Source: an uncultured virus (IMG/VR IMGVR_UViG_3300031329_000004) (taxonomy: Duplodnaviria > Heunggongvirae > Uroviricota > Caudoviricetes). Taken from it: DNA of 20,000 nucleotides. The notes under the pieces are model-generated. The model saw only the letters and a program-made list of their open reading frames with translations, was not told where the DNA came from and searched no databases. A program made the translations under genes and the position numbers. Within the stretch, counting starts at the first letter, position 1. Every line of letters begins with the position of its first letter. The stretch is taken from IMG/VR virus record IMGVR_UViG_3300031329_000004; one strand, written 5' to 3'. Below, piece after piece: positions 18,481 to 20,000 of this stretch.

Positions 18481-18928
18481 GTCTCTTATAGAATCTTATG
18501 AAGAATCGTTTCATGACTTTGATAAAATTATTTGATCAGTAGATGCTCTTGAAAAAAAGATTATAAAAAAATCTTTGGAATCTCTTGAGTGAGTCAGAGA
18601 ATCAATACCTACTGAGCTGCATGTAACATCATATATGCCAGAACATCTTTGGCTTCCAGATGAAATAAAAGACTGGGAAGAAACTACAGGATTTACTTTC
18701 TCTCTCAGATGAGAATGTTTATGACTGGATTCAAGTAATGAATATCTTTTATATGAACGAAATAAGATTCTCAAGTGAATGAATACTGGTAATGAACCTA
18801 AGCTAGAATGAATATGAATTATATTAGATAGGCTAGAAAAAATGTTTGATTATGCTGTAAGAAACGAAAGACCTATAAAATCTTTTATGTGAACTTTTAA
18901 TACATTTACTTCTGGGAAGTATGACTAA
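18440..18928 (+). CDS. hypothetical protein (162 aa)
   Basis: ATG18440-TAA18928 in code 25; overlaps both neighbours slightly. Confidence 0.7.
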
Positions 18929-20000
18929 TCTCTCTAATTATGCCAAAGATAACCGAACAACAGCTCAAGTTAATAAAGACTATGATCAATGAAAAATACA
19001 TGAGGAAGCTTTTAAAAATAAGTGTGAGGGTAAAGTTCAGATACTCAATGATAATGTGAGTGATACATTCTGAACAACCTCACAATATGTATGGGACTTC
19101 ACTATTGAATGATTTAGAATTGAGTACAAATACTCACAAATACCTCTCAAGTTTGTTGAATGGAAAAAGAATCAATACCAACATGCCAAAAAGAAATGAG
19201 TGTATTTTATTCAAGAAGACCCAGAATGATACTTCTTTATATCTCCCTACGACTCTAAAGAATACTTGGAAATATGATACTGCAATAAACCTACTTGGAA
19301 ATTCTCTCCAGAAAAACTAAGCTTTGAACAATTACTTTCTAAAATAAAATCTATGAATCTACTTATTGAATCTATAAAAGATATATCTTTCAAAGAAGTT
19401 CTTACTGCTGCCGGTATAAAATATGAGGACCGGACAATTCATCTGGACCTCTATACTAAAAGTAATTCAGAACTTTCATCTGGATGGAAAGCAAGTCTTG
19501 AAGATAATATAGTTTCTGATTTCTCTCACAATAGAGCTACTTGAAATCCATATGATTTTATCCAGAAGTTATTCTGATACTCAGAACAAGAAACAGTTGA
19601 ATGGTTCAAATCTAAATGGCCTATGCTACAAGATGATAAAAAAGTAGAAGTAGCTCCTACTGATATGGTAGTTCCAGAAGATATGGTTTTAACTTATGAT
19701 ATGAAAACTATATCTGATAAGTGGGATTCACTTCAATGATGTACTCAAGATCAAATTATCTATATGGAAAATAGATGAATAGATTATTCTAAAATTACTG
19801 GAATAGTAAGAAATATGGAATGAAGAATATGAGCTCCAATCCAATGATGGGTATGAGAAGAATTCGGAATGCTTACAATTCAGAGTAGAGATATTCACTC
19901 CAGACAATTCAGAATCATGAAAGGCACAAAGTCTAAGTGAGTCTTTATGCATTGAATCAATCCTAAGATAAAACATATCTATGTAGTTGAATGATTATTT
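18921..20000 (+). CDS. PD-(D/E)XK nuclease-like domain fused to DnaG-like TOPRIM primase, 3'-truncated
   Basis: N: GKIHEEAF...WDFTIEGFRIEYK; from ATG19353: GNPYDFIQKLFGYSEQETVEWF, YMENRGID, TOPRIM start IYVVEGLF at the window edge. Confidence 0.8.

Noticed and set aside
14063..19976. Track ORFs 14063, 14629, 15363 and 19060 (+); 17452, 18511 and 19728 (-)
   Set aside because: They overlap better-supported genes or tRNAs on the other strand or frame.

Overview
AT-rich, gene-dense bacteriophage-like DNA that only makes sense if TGA is read as glycine (translation table 25, the code of Gracilibacteria/Absconditabacteria). The supplied standard-code ORF track therefore mostly shows fragments and antisense shadows. 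Manual re-translation gives the following layout. (i) 1-11133 is a + strand block of about 25 mostly small genes, including a membrane-anchored M23 peptidase-lytic transglycosylase fusion and a Rad50/SbcC-like ATPase. (ii) About 11150-12770 is non-coding and strand-asymmetric, with a 30-nt direct repeat, CAA/CAAA tracts, an AT palindrome and a skew flip. (iii) 12814-17284 is a - strand block with an HU-like gene, an amidase endolysin, a holin candidate and an anomalous 44-codon ORF. That ORF has the only clear Shine-Dalgarno in the window and an internal 15-nt perfect complement of the 16S rRNA 3' end. (iv) A + strand RNA cluster follows: an attenuator-like leader, tRNA-Pro, tRNA-Met, a non-canonical tRNA-like RNA and a ~280-nt hairpin-rich element. 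(v) The window ends in replication genes, including a PD-(D/E)XK nuclease-TOPRIM primase fusion cut by the window edge. All calls come from reading the sequence by eye; no searches were run.
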